This document shows, piece by piece, positions 48,151-62,118 of a stretch of 64,000 nucleotides of DNA. The DNA comes from Mobula birostris (taxonomy: Eukaryota), in the NCBI RefSeq assembly GCF_030028105.1, contig NC_092388.1, forward strand, positions 10,812,508 through 10,876,507, in the 5' to 3' direction. How positions within the stretch are numbered: the first letter of the stretch is position 1; each line of letters opens with the position of its first letter. The translations under genes and the position numbers were made by a program. The notes beneath the pieces were generated by a model that made no database searches, was not told the origin of the DNA, and saw only the letters and a list, made by a program, of their open reading frames with translations.

Positions 48151-51100
48151 CTAAACTCATATCCGTTGTCTATATGATTCATACAGAGAGTGTCTCTAGA
48201 GATTAACTTTGAGATGTCAAGGTGAACGTTTGAACATAGTTAAGCAGAACTGGTTTTGTAATTGAAGAAAGAAAGCAGCTTCTATACATGAACGGACACG
48301 TGTACTGAAGCCCTAGGAGAAAGAACTGACTCTTGTGGACCTGCTGCAATATAAGAATATTTTTAAAAATAAGGTGATAAGATGCGCATGCTTTAGATTA
48401 GGAGCATTTCAGTGGCTCTCAATGCCAGCCACAACAATTGGATATATATTTGTTATCTACGGTTACCAAAAGTAGCAAGCAGTCTCGTTCTTTTGCATCT
48501 CAGCCTTCGGGAGGAGAGAACTTAGCGCAGCAGCAATTCTGCAAATAATGCCAGTTTATCGCTGCTTAGCGTACTGAATACTTGTCTATAGGAAAGGCAG
48601 ATGATAACTTCGGATCTCTACGATAGAATCACCTTTATTTCCATAAATAACGATCAGTACTCCCCATCCCCCACCCCCATAATTACCCCAAATGAGAACA
48701 TGCATGCAAGTATCCAATTTGAAATTCATAGCAAAAGGAAAGACCGTTTCTAATGAGTGTGGAATTTATATTAGTCATTAAAATAAGCAAGTGTGGTTAA
48801 ATTCAGTTTTACATGTATAAATCTGTATATTTTAGCTGTTGGCCTCGATATATTAACACCTTACCATTTAATACATAGCTTGGGATAATAAGATATTTGA
48901 AAACCGGCTATTTTATGCTCGCTGAAGCAATTTGTGTGTGTTTATTTGTACTTGATACATCGTGCTTCGTAATTTTCAAATGCAGTTTTTACTTTCAAAG
49001 GGAAAAGATGCTACCCGCGAAGGCATACTTGAGCACAAAGTATTGTAAATATATCGCTCTTTTGGTACAGATGAATGTGTATAGGAATTGGGTTTAAAGG
49101 TTGCTGCTCACGCATCTATTCTTGTCACGGATTCCTCCAAAGGATGACCAGTCTGCAGTATTTACAGTATTGAAGCCATCTTTATCCGTGTGAACCAAAG
49201 ACAGAAAAGTATTTTCATTGAGTGTTTTATTGCACAATGGTAACATTTCCTGTACATTCAACATATAAGCTTTTTATAGATCGATATACTTATAGGCCGC
49301 ATTGTCCATAAATCGCCCACACGTAACCAGACAACACATGCCAGCCCTGAAAGTCCCTTCGGTTTATTTTATCAATTTAATTTAAACGTTTCGATGTGGC
49401 TTTTGTTATTAACATCATCAAAATAGCTTATTTTCTCGTTCATTCTGGTAAAATGACAGATGACAGCGGTCGATTGCTTGCCGTTATGTTCTTTTTTGGT
49501 AATTCTATTTTTTTTTATTTTGCAAAACACTGAAATATAACAAAAGGCTGGAATATGCATCACAGAGGTGGTGTTTTCTACATTAAGAAATTTGATTTTG
49601 AAAATAAACAACAATTCCTTCAAGAGCAAAGTCCTCATCAAAAGCTGTTTAATTAAATGTGATGTCGACGTTTGCTAACATTTGTATATAATTTATATTT
49701 ATCAATTTGACTAAAATGGGATAAATTTGCATGTCCACGTTCAGAGAGCGCGCAATTGGACTTAATGTAGAAAAATTAATTAAGGTGCTTTTTCTTACGG
49801 CAGACTTTGTTGGGTATTCAAGACAGAACTAAAACACCTGCGAAGTATTGTACTATTGTTCGTTTCATGTACGTAATAAACAACCATTAAAGCTGGATAA
49901 CATTCCACATCTGTCTACATACATTGGTACGTTTCTTTAGTTTGTATTCTGGAAAATAAGACATTCAGATCAAATTTCGGACAATGATAATTTCAAATAT
50001 TCAAGTCATATTAAAAGCCTTATGTTCGCATTAACAAAATTAGACGAAAAATCAAAAAAAATTGCGTTAGTTTAAACTTTATTCCATACACACGAAAAAA
50101 AACCCGAAGCTGTCATGAGGGAAATTTTGTGGGTCTTTGCTCTCGGTTTGGCAAATATTGGACTGCGTTTGTTAAGGTTCATAGGGTGTAAGTTAGAAGA
50201 AATTGTAATACATTATAGTTGTGTTACAATATCTTTAATGCTGATTTTTTTCCGCTTTCCTGCTTGTTTCCTGGCTTTGAACTTCTGTTACGTCGTGGAC
50301 GTCACCTCTAACCTTGGGGGGGAAAGGGATAATCAGCTCTGAATCTTCCACTCTCTGCTCAGACTCCCGCCGGCGGTGACGGGAGGCCGAAACAAATTAT
50401 AAGCGACTGATCAACAGTATTGGCAGAGATACTATCGAGACATGTCCTCACGTCATGAAAGTTTAATGTTGCGTGTGAGGCTGCTTTAATAATGAATGAT
50501 ACTAACAGTGATTAAAGATATGAGTTAGTTTTTATATCTAGAGAAGAGGGAGTTGAGACAAGTATGGTAGCATATGAAGGGGCCGTGGCATTAAAGGCAA
50601 ATGACAAGGGATCGCCTCTGTTGCTTGGTTACTAACAGCGGGATAAGTCGTAAAGTCTTTTTTAATTGCAGCTCTCTGTTTCTTAATATTGGGGCAATAG
50701 ATATGAAATTCCAAATGCGGGGAATATAAACAAAATCTTCGAGTTTAATTGTTCTCCCTCTCTAGATATCGTTTTGCGTTCGCTCGGTGTTTCTGCACAA
50801 CTACACGAGAGAGCTATGACCATGAATTCTTCCAGCTGGACACACACAGTCCACATGGTGGCGCCATTTAGATCAATGTCAAAGCCGCTTTGGCGACCGC
50901 AAAAAAATATAAGGAAAAATACTTTGTCGATGTTCCAAAGTACAAGTTTAATGGGAGGTATGTGAATCTTCTGAAGCCAAATTGAAAACCGCACCTCTCT
51001 ATTTGACAAATTAAATCTAATCCAAATTGAATATTCAATTAAGCTCAGAAATAACCACTTTTTTTTGCTAACAGAAGAAAGGTGATCGGGTTCATGCAGA

Positions 51101-54100
51101 TACAACATGGATTCTTCAACCTAGAAATGTTATCACACAATAATCACCGAGGAATTCAACAGCTTAGGATACAATTAATGTGAAATTTGAATTCGGGTGG
51201 AATGAATTGTTTTAAATTGTTCTTATTTCGTTAAAAATGTCTAGGAAAGGGAACGTATTTCAAATACGACAGATTTTAATTGTCTACTAAACTAGATTAG
51301 AAAATACAATAAACTTGCTTCTTAAATAAATCACGAGAATGTTATACAATAAAAACAATACACAATGTATATTGTCGAATTTACTAGTTAGGAAGGAAAT
51401 GTTTTTTTCTGCAACAGTTTCGCGTATTCGTTCTTTTGTTTTTCCTTCCGTTTTTGCACGATATTGCGTGATTTTTATTGTCAACTTAATGCTAACATTG
51501 GACATCAAGCGATGTAAAATTTAATTTGCTTATTTCCTCCAACAACCAGGGTGTAATATTCTGAGAAATATTTTCGCAAAAAGACTATATGTGTTATTCA
51601 AAACTGTCTCTGGGTGTAAATGTGCTCAACCGCTGAACTTTGCATTTAAGGTTCAGAGCATTTCCGACCCTTTTCTGTTTTCCGATTTTGTCCAGTTCCC
51701 ATTTATTATTTTATTTAAAACATGAAAGAATATGTATATATTTCTTCTTCAAAAGTATAACAATAATATTAGCGCAGTTTCATGTTTTCCTAAATATTAT
51801 CGAATGTTAAAACGTCAACCGAATCGTGTAACTGGGCTAGGTTTCCTCGTTTGCCCGTATTATCATATATATAAAAAAGCGATATAGGGTCTTTTCAAAT
51901 AATTGTGCATTTTTAAACCATGGGGAAACATTATGAAGCATTGGTTGCATATTTTTCCAAAGTATATTCGATTATTTATTTCTCGCTCTGCTTAGTTTTA
52001 ACGGTTAACGTAAAAATTAGATTAATCTACTTCTGCGGACTATTTCTCTTATTTGTTGATATCCATCGACCATATTGTGTTTTTAACATGGACGACTAAT
52101 CTACAACTAGATGCAAAGAAATGCGAAAGTTGCTAAAATTTAACGTCAATTCGGAGCATATTAAGTGCATGATTTTGTACATTTTGAAGTAAATTTTATG
52201 TGAAGGTCATACTTGCTGACCGTCTTCTGCGGGGAATCTAAGATTAATTTTGCCTTGTACAGTGTTACGTTCCGTAGTGATACCCTGTGTTAACTAGTCT
52301 GGCTAAACAATGTATAAGCATGATATGTCTAACAAATATTATTGCGTTAAATTGTGTTGGATGCGGGTACTGTAGTTCAGTTGATTGCTTGCTTGCCTGT
52401 ATATATGTAACTTTATGCGACTGTGCTAAGCTAGTAAAGGGTTTCGTTACAACGTCAATATTAATTAATTATTGCCTATGGAATCTTTCCGTTAAATTGC
52501 AAAAAATTACCTCCTTCCTATAATTGAAAAATACTTCCAATCTCTCTTGTGTCATTTATTGTATTCCTTTGTTTTAGACAATGTAACAAAAATTGCAACT
52601 TCCAGCTATTATCTTCATATCTTTTAATAATGTGTTATGAAGAATGTCATGAAATGCATTCCTATCAGGACTCAATACAATTTCAATATTTAAAGCATGC
52701 TATTTGGAAGCTGAGACAATCTGAAGGCACAGCGCCCTCTAGGTCTAGGACTAGCACTTGCACGCAGCACAATATTCATTCATTCTGTTTGGTTGCCGGA
52801 TAAAGTGTGTTCCGGTGTTTCAGTACTAAATATATTTAATAACCGGAACCGATAACAAAGCAACGAAAAATAGATCTCAGTTTTGAAGAGGAATTTAAAT
52901 TTTCGTGCTTGCTGCATTGATATGTGCAAAATGTCATTAGTAGTTTGTTTGTTAAAGGCCATATCATCAAAGGAAACAATTTCAACAACTGTTCTTTCCT
53001 CTTGTCAGGGAGATCAGGTTTTCCGCACTAGAAGCCAGTGCGTCTAGATTTTTAAGTTATTGATATTCCCGTCTTTCAAGTGTAAGAAGACAAAAACTCT
53101 TTGATAAAATATCTCAATTAATTGATAGATATCTAACTGAGTGAACATCGAAAATAAGCGGTGGAAAGAATAGGCATTTAGTGCGCGAGATTGCCAAAAA
53201 TGTGAAATATTGAAGGATGAATTTAAAAAGTAGGATGGCTAAAGAAGAAATTCATCTTCCTAACTTTCCGGAAAATAAAACAGTTTAGACAATCTGAAGT
53301 TGATATAATTGATTTAAGAATCAGTTTATCATTTTCTATTTCTAACAAAACACTTTTCAAAAATAATTTATTGTGTATATTTGGCTGCGTGCTTGAACTA
53401 TTAAAATATATTTTACGTGTCACTATTTACAAATTGCTTTGCATCAAAACTTCCGTTGTTTGCCCAGTGAGTTCCTCAAAGCAGGACGTCAATGTGCTGT
53501 AAAGCATTTTGCTAAAGCAGAGTCTACTACAGAAAATTGGTAAATATGATAGAACTGCTTACAGTCTGTTTTTTATTTGAATAGATGGGGGCGGGGGTAC
53601 AATAATGAAAGTTAACTATTTGTTCTGGGACGTACAAGCTGTACGTTAAACAGATCTGGCATGTGCACGCTTCATAGTTGAATTTTGCCTTAATATGAAC
53701 ATAATGCTGGATTATGGAATGGCTTAAAATTGAACATTAATACCCACAAATCCTTCATTGTTTAGAGGTATCAAGTTATTGAATGAAACGTTCTGGATAG
53801 AGTAGATTACTGATGCAAAGAATTTGTTGTAATTATACATTTTCCGCCAACTCTATTTTCAACGTGGGCCATAACATGGATCTTTTTAGTTTGCGACTCG
53901 ACCCCTGCTGTGTCACCTTCACCGTGGCCGGTGCAACTAAATTGCCGTTTTTTTTTGTTATAAAGCCAGTGAGCTACTCTGTCAGCGTGTAAAAAAAAAA
54001 CTTCTCAATCATTTAAAGAATATGGTTAAGAAAATGAAAATCCATAGCTCAGATTATTCCAAATTCTATACTTAACAAAAAGGTAATTTCAAATAAATGA

Positions 54101-54656
54101 AATCTACCTATCTGTTTCAACAACATCTAGTCAAAATCTCGTTAACTTTAAAACCAAGTCGAATAATATATGAGTTTGCGCAAGTCTATTTATTTGCATG
54201 TATTTGGCAATGCGTGGCTTCCACATCATTTGAGCAATTTTACCTGTAATATCTTAAGGGAAACTAACATTAGAATTATTTAAGATCCCGTTTTATATAT
54301 TAAAAAAAGATATATCGATACACGATTCGGCACAGAAAACTATATATTCTATTCAGTTTATATAGTAGATTTTTATAAATCTCCCCACCCTATTTTCGTC
54401 TGAACACCTTTTGAATTGTTAGAATGCTGATTTCATTGAACGCGTCTAAATTGAAGTGCTATCATACAAGTGCTGATTTCACCAGTTATAAACCTTTACC
54501 TTGTGGAATATTGTTCATTGTTCACGTTCAAAGTCGATTAATTCATTTGAAATTGTATAATCCAATCGCTTTTTCTTAGTCTTTTTTAAAAGGGGATACT
54601 GTTGCTACATAGCAGTATAATAGCTGAGATGGAAGTAGAACAAATGAATCAGGTCT

Positions 54657-54760
54657 CCTACGTTACAACAGGGACTGCACATCAAAAAGTACTTCATTGG
54701 CTGTAAAGCGCTTTGGGACGTCCCGAGGTTGTGAAAGGCGCTGTTTAAATGCAAGTCTTT
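54657..54760 (+). mobile_element. Deu-SINE (SacSINE1/AmnSINE1-type) 3' tail inside the cluster
   Basis: CCTACGTTACAACAGGGACTGCACATCAAAAAGTACTTCATTGGCTGTAAAGCGCTTTGGGACGTCCCGAGGTTGTGAAAGGCGCTGTTTAAATGCAAGTCTTT. Confidence 0.75.
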
Positions 54761-57415
54761 TGTCCCTGTTTTAAATTGTTTGAGGCATGTTCACGGAATT
54801 CTATTTAAGCAGGCAATTGAAAAATAACGTTCTTAATTTTTCTTCATTCCAAGCCGTAAAACAGCCATACGTCCATTTCTGTTATTACTCTATATTTCAT
54901 TTCATTTTGTTGTTCAGTACAGGGATTCTTATTGTTTTCTGGCTTGATCTCAGTTTATTCTGCATTCAACTCTGAATGTAAACGATGTCTTTAGATTAAC
55001 GGCTTGGACTCACTATTTAAATAATTTTAAAACACATGCAACAAATTGTCCCTAAAAAATATTTCTCACCTCTAATAGTGTTGTGGCGACAACTAACCAG
55101 ATTAGTTAGAATTATAGATTTAGATGGAAATAATATTTACTGAATTTGGTATTGTTTTCTTTCATTTCTTGTCTGCGATCTTTGGCGTTAGTTTGTATTT
55201 TAATTGTAAACTGTATATAAAGTTCTTACTTCAGAACTTTCTAAACTTATAGAACAGTGTTTCTGTTTCAGTGCTTTATTCTCTGAGCAACAAATATAAA
55301 GAAAAAGAGCACTTTATTTCCACGGGTTCTCAGTCGCCAGCTTGATCCATACACCTTAATATGTATATTGGATACATTTTATCCGAAAAGGGATCTGATA
55401 GGCAACTATATTGGGATCTCGGGATGGTTGCCTGCAAAACTATTGAATACAAAAGCAGTTAAGGTCAGACATTGTTTTTAGATTTATCGTTGAGACACAA
55501 AAAAAAACAATGGTGTGTCTTCGACTTCTCCAGCTATCTTAGCACATCACAAGGAACTGATATTACGTTAAGTCAGAGCCCACAGATTGTAAATGTTTGC
55601 TCCAGTTCCGTGTCCGAAAAGGTTTCAATGCGCACATACAGTACAATGGCCGATACACTTCAAGGGTGAGGAGTTCTGCTTTGAAGTTCAGAGAAGTTTT
55701 GGTAGATTTTGTTATTGAGAAAAAAACCATAACAAAATTGTTATAAGCAGTCTCACTCAGTGCTGAAAGAGGTGAATGCGTGAGTTTTCACCTTGTATCT
55801 TTATCCGGAAAAGAGAGAAAGGCATTCAGTCTGGCCTTCAGTCTTAAGTTCACGATCTAGGGTAATAACGAGTCGGAGCCATAAGTGAGACAGCCAGCAC
55901 AGCTCAGACATTGAAATCGCTTATTTACTGAAGAACCGCGATTCGCCCCTCTGCTATCTAGGTTCGCCCCTTTATCACTGACTGGAGAAGGCATTATTTA
56001 CCTCAGTTGTTGCTGCGTTTTAAGACGGATGTTTTTTTTATTTACGCGCTGACGGAAAAAATGTAGAAATCTTGCAATGCCCACGATCGAAATAGCATGG
56101 CGTAAAGAAAATTTTCTTCGTTACTCATTTTTTTTATGTCAGACAGAACGCACTGATCGCCACACAAAGTGCCGTCTAACTTGTTCGGAATTATGCACTT
56201 TCTAGAGCTATTTCTTTAGTATTTTTTTCTGTCTCTGCCCCTGAACTGCACGATAAAGGCGTCTCATCTCCCCTGCGTCCTCGGCAGTGCTAACCACGTT
56301 TCCTAACTGTTACCAATGTCGTAATTAACAGTCACGTACACCTTAGTAGCAAGAAAAAGAAACTTCTTCCTGCAAATCCTTGCTGCTTCAATTACTTCCT
56401 GGTGTGGGTTTTTTTAAATGTGCACAGGAGACTCACGGCCCTCGCTCCATCCCTCTCCATAAAGTTGAGAAAGGCTTGCAGTGTCTAAGAAACTGAAGAA
56501 ACCAATCCACTGTCCCCATTACAGATTTACTAGGAAATTGGGTTATAGACGTTTAAACCTTTCCAAAAACATACCAATAAAATTATCCAAATATGGTATC
56601 AATTTATTAAGCAATGAAACATTTACCAAGAGAACCAGATAAATATCAGGTCTCCAGCACATAAATGCGCCGCTTGTTAGCATTGGTGTACAGTAGTCCG
56701 AACCCTTATATATGAGACTCTGGCAGAGATGATAATTGTTATTTTTCCCCCATTAAATCTTTGTCTGCTCCCGTGATCACACGTGTCATGGGCACAGTGG
56801 GACTGCAAAGGGAATATTTTCATTTTTTTCTATACAGAACATTCGGATTTTTATAGGTTTTCTGGACTGCCGTGATAATTCTAAATAGTCGTTAGTGCTT
56901 AGGAAACAAGCGAGAATAAGGAATCCTCCGAGACGGCTCCTCGACGCGTGTAAAGCCGGCCTTTATATCACGCTGACCTTAACTGAAACGATATTTTAAA
57001 TAACCTTCCTTTAGATTAACAATACTTTCTGAGTTTTAATCCAGCGCCAGAAGTTAAAATAGCTATAATTGGAATAATAGTGCAGAGATGGGGGGGGGGG
57101 GTCTGGGTGGTGGAGTGGTGGCGGTGCTAGTGGAAGTGGGGTACTGGGTGGGGGTGGGGCGGCCAGGGTGCACATTTTGATTCCGGCTTTAAGATGGCTC
57201 GTAGCAAAACACAGTCATGCTTGGGGCTGAATATTACATCCTAAGCTAACGACTACATTTTCGGCATCATTGCTAGCTACGTTTTATTAGAGGTGGCCGA
57301 GCAAGATGCAGTCAATGCGACTGACGCCCAGAACTGTCTCCTACCCAGATCCACAACCACACGTATAGCCACAAATACACCCGGTTAAGTTCTTACCTTG
57401 TCTAGGACCATGTGG

Positions 57416-57417
<2 letters not shown>

Positions 57418-57497
<80 letters not shown>
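57418..57497. repeat. Compound (TC)n(TG)n microsatellite
   Basis: Directly visible. Confidence 0.95.
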
Positions 57498-57498
<1 letters not shown>

Positions 57499-58599
57499 TA
57501 TGTGTTTGCCTGGGAGGGGCACTTATTACTGTTGCATTAATTCCTACAACAATACACAAATATTAACATTAATTTGTGCATAATCATCCTGCATACTAAA
57601 TTGGGGGAGAGAAGGTCACCAATCGAAGACCACATTTCCATACTGATATTTAAAAAAAATATATGGCAGTTTGGCTTTCTCTCTGTCCTCATTTTTTAAG
57701 TTGCCTCTGAACGGGACGGGGTGACAGAGTCTGAAGGAAGCTTCCGCTTCCCGCTTTGTTTTAAACTCAATCGGGTTGTAGTTAAGACGCTTGTAAATTT
57801 TGTTTAACTGCAACGCACTCTATTTTTTAAGACGAAATGATGAGGTCGATTTTATAGGTATGGTAAACGATGTATACTCTGGCTCAGCCGGTCGATGGGC
57901 AGATGGATGAAGTATTTCGCAACAACTCATTCTGGATATTGTGATTTGGGATAAAATACCACGAATTGTCATAATTCAGTCACACCAAATATCCATGCTG
58001 TAGAAATAGATGGATAAGAATAAATGCTTGTTTTATTAGGGTGTTTCTTCGACCTTCCGCACTTAACCCACAGCGCTGCAGAATGTTACATTAACCCACT
58101 AAGCTCTAAGCTACGCAGGCCAGACATAGAGCCACGGATTTTATTTCAGAGGTGATTCTTCAAGGAATAGCAATGGAAGAAACAATCAGTGAAGAGACAC
58201 CGTGGATCTGAATTACAGTGACCACTATGAAACTCTTGCAGCTGGCGGCTGGGTAATTACAATCAGATCGGTGAAAGTCAAGATTACTTGTGTTTACTCG
58301 CGAGTATCCTCATGTGAAACCTCTACGCCCGAATAAAACTGTAGAATATAGAATTAAAACTTTGTTCTTTTTGCCAACTGCATTGGCTAATAATTAAAAG
58401 TATGTAAATAACGGCTGCTTGTAATTGTTAATGTGGCTTCTCGTTAAATTGAAACTTGTAATATTGAATTAGCATTTTGCGCCTTTTAAAATTTTTACTT
58501 GAAGGCCATAATTGTAATACAGTAGAACTGAATAAATAAAGATGCATTTACACGCTTTTTGCAGTTTACCGAATACATATGGTGACCTTATTGCAGTTC

Positions 58600-58770
58600 T
58601 GGTGACGTAGCCTCGCCAAAGAGGAGCGGCTTCTGCCCAGTTCTGCCTTTTGATTGGCTCGTCCCGCCTGTCGTGCTGCGGAGGTATCTCTAATCATATT
58701 CAACGTGTTTGCACAAGAAATGTCAGCCTGAACTGGATATCTTCTGCTTTCGCCAAATTACCCCACAACA
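58600..58770 (+). promoter_or_regulatory. HoxA10 proximal promoter/5'UTR with a uORF
   Basis: TGACGT at ~58603, reverse CCAAT (GATTGG) at ~58652, GC-box-like CCCGCC, and ATG TCA GCC TGA at 58720-58731. Confidence 0.6.
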
Positions 58771-59527
58771 ATGTCATGCTCAGACAGCCCGGCTGCAAAC
58801 TCCTTTTTAGTAGATTCACTGATCAGCGTGGGTCGTGGCGGAGAAGGAACCTATTATCCCAACAACAGCGTATACCTGCCGCCTGGTTCTGATCTATCAT
58901 ACGGCATCCAGAACTGTGGACTTTTCCCATCTCTGAGCAAACGCAGTGAGAACAACTCTCAGAGTATGGTCCTGACTTCTCATCCCTACATGAGCGGGAT
59001 GGAAGTCTGGTCAGATCCTCCTAGATCTTGTCGCATGGATCAACCTGCAACCCAGCAAGCAGCATGTTCCTTCCCCCAGAATATCAAAGAAGAAAATGCC
59101 TATTGCTTATATGATTCTGAGAAATGTCCAAAAAGCGCGGCATCAACAGATCTTTCCACGTTTCCAAGGCTCACGTCAGAGTCGTGCTCCACTAGTGACA
59201 CTACTACTAACGGCGGGGTTCCTGTGCCCGGCTATTTCCGTCTGTCCCAAGCCTACCCGGCATCCAAACAGACACTCTATAACAACACTGGGCAGGTTGG
59301 GGCCTCTCCGTTCGTGCCTCAGACCCAGATCCGTTTTGGAACACCCCCTTCTTCAGCTTCGACCCCGAGTGAGTTGGGGAGGAAAGGAAGCGAAGGGACA
59401 TCCCCCGGCCATTTAACTTGCGGTTCCGAAAGGGAAGAGGCAGAAGCTCCTGCTTCCTCAGCAAACGAGGAGTCTTCTCCAGTCCCCTCAGAGAGCAGCA
59501 AAAACTCTCCTGAAAAAGAAACAAAAG
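58771..59527 (+). CDS. HOXA10: Homeobox protein Hox-A10, exon 1
   Basis: MSCSDSPAANSFLVDSLIS..CSFPQNIKEENAYCLYDS..GVPVPGYFRLSQAY; phase-1 donor G|GTAGGT at 59528. Confidence 0.97.
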
Positions 59528-60992
59528 GTAGGTACATGAGAGACAGTGGACGGTTTACAGAGCTAGCAATCTGAAATGGGTAGACGTGGCAGGTACAGCC
59601 AACAAGCCTAACAAAGGGGGGGTTCGCTCTGACCCTGTGAACTTTTTATTTTTGGGCGTGAGCTATGCTGTAAAAATTAATGCCTAGTATAGTTTATAGT
59701 GTGAGCCCACGCTCCGGAATCAATTGCACTCAGATTCTAAACTTGTCAGATAAGTTACAAAACCACGAATCCCGTCTACAGTTATTTAAGTGTACCGCAT
59801 ATTTGAACGCAGAGTCCAAAGTAAATAAAAGACAGCCAATAAATAATACTCAAAGGAAACCAGGGACGTTTTATGATCTAGTGCGTCTTTCGAGAAAACA
59901 GGGTTAAAATAAGAAAATAGGAAAAGTTTTCAAAATAATAAAAGATAATGCTGTCATATTTTGCATTAAGATATTTGATGTTATTAAACCAGTGTAGAAT
60001 TATTGCTCATGGGATTTTGTTAAAAATATCAGAATCGATGAGAAAAGACAGTTTTAGAGGTTACCTAGTTTATTTCCTACTGTACGTAAAATTCATCCAC
60101 TTAGCTATATGGGAACACCATAATACAAAGTTGAAATGCCCACCGATCATTTTAGTTGTAGCTCTAACGAACTTCATAAGAAAAAGTTCGAATAAGTTAG
60201 TTCAAGTGAAAAAAGTAAAGAAGTGGAAAGGCAAGACTCTTAAAGCTTTCAAGTAAAGGGTTCCACATTTCGATCTGGTACATTTGGAGTTGTTCGCTTA
60301 AATGAAGAATCCCACTTAATCTCTTTGGATTATTGGCATGGATGAAGATAGGTTTTATTTCATGTGAAACATGGCAAGAAATAGGACCGAACACTTAAAA
60401 GTTTGAAATGATAGCAGAAGTGCTAAGCAAAATATTGTATTTTATGATAATTACACGAGTATATTTAAATTGAATAACCAACTGCGTTGGTATTAAATCT
60501 AGCACTTTGATAGGGGAAATGAGTTGCACTCTTACAGAATGGAATGAAATGAATCTGACAGTGTCACTCTGAGTACATAGGATTTCTGATAATTGTTTAA
60601 ATTATGTCCAATTCTATTAAAGTACAATTTTCAAACTAATTTATCCTAAAAGACTCCACGTTCTCTGTAATACTACATAAACACCCAGACTGGCTTAGAT
60701 CACGGAATAATTCAAAATGTATTATTTTTCCGTACCATGGAGACATGCAGTAAAGGTATTGACAGGTGCTGGGGAAAAAATGGACCATGTTTCTATAAGA
60801 TTAAAAGTGAAAATTTCAAATAATTAGAAGATGCAGTATTTTGAATATTTCATGTTGCAACTAAAGATGGTGTACCTCATTTTTGGGCACAATGGCCTAG
60901 AGAACATAGGTAAAAGTATCCATTTTTGAACAAGTAGTTTCCCATTGAAAATTATTTGACGAAACATTTTGTTGTTTCTCTGATCATCTGCT

Positions 60993-61060
60993 TTCTCTCT
61001 CTCTCTCTCTCTTTCTATCTCTCTATCTATTATCTATTTCTTTATCTATCTATCTATCTC
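60993..61060. repeat. (TC)n/(TATC)n microsatellite just upstream of the HoxA10 acceptor
   Basis: Directly visible. Confidence 0.85.
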
Positions 61061-61103
61061 TGTTTCGTTCCTTTTGCTTGCTGCCATTTCTTTTACTCAA
61101 CAG

Positions 61104-61378
61104 GGGAAGTGAAAGCTGAAAATGGGGCTAACTGGCTGACTGCAAAGAGTGGCAGGAAAAAACGATGCCCTTACACCAAACATCAGACCCTGGAGCTGGA
61201 GAAAGAATTTCTTTTCAACATGTACCTGACTCGAGAGCGTCGCCTAGAGATTAGCCGCAGTGTCCACCTGACTGACAGACAGGTCAAAATCTGGTTTCAA
61301 AATCGCAGAATGAAACTCAAGAAAATGAACCGTGAGAACAGGATCCGAGAGCTCACAGCAAACTTCAGCTTTTCATGA
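61104..61378 (+). CDS. HOXA10: Homeobox protein Hox-A10, exon 2 (343 aa spliced)
   Basis: Acceptor TACTCAACAG|; [91 protein letters not shown]. Confidence 0.97.
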
Positions 61379-62112
61379 TAAACACAGACACTGGTTTGAA
61401 TATTTTAGCCGGAGACACCGGGAAGTTATGCTAGTGTTAATAAAAGACTGAAACCTTTTCCACTTACCTCTGACGCCTCAGCCTTGTGCTGATTGTAGAT
61501 AAATACGATTTATGTGTTTTGTTTTTATTTGTGGAGCTAGTCTGTCTCTGTATCTATAATAATAAGTGTGGCCATCGATGGGTAAGGCATGCACAGAAGT
61601 TATCGTCCGATATGACGATTTTCCAAACAACTGAGGAGGAATAGGGTTGGGGGGGGGGGAAGAAGGATGATGAACGTGTCAACAATCATTTAATTGTGCT
61701 AGTTACCAATTATGAGCTAAGTAAATCGAACATTGTAATATTTAAATACATTTATGCTGTTAAAATAGTTCCAGGATAATGTTACTACCATATACCGATA
61801 TGTCGATAAAAGTTAAATGTGAATATGCTGTAAAAGTGTGTTGTTACATAAATATATCACATGCCATGAACGGGAGCACCATTGCACATTTAAATGTGAA
61901 ACATTGTTGCAAACATAATGAAGTAGAACGTGGGACCCTTTATTCCGTGCCGCCGATTCCCTTTTAAAAAGAAAATAAAATCAACTAGAATTGATTCATT
62001 TTTGATTTTGAAAAAAAAAGAGAAATATTCTTACTGGAAAACTCAGAAATTGCTTGATCCAACTGCCGCTGCACTGTGTACGTTAACAAAATCTTGTGTT
62101 CCCTGGAAGATG

Positions 62113-62118
62113 AATAAA
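62113..62118 (+). terminator. Probable HoxA10 polyadenylation signal
   Basis: AATAAA about 735 nt after the stop, followed by T/GT-rich sequence. Confidence 0.45.

Noticed and set aside
55750-55930. Possible very old SINE fragment between HoxA11 and HoxA10
   Set aside because: Only a vague resemblance; needs a Dfam/nhmmer search.
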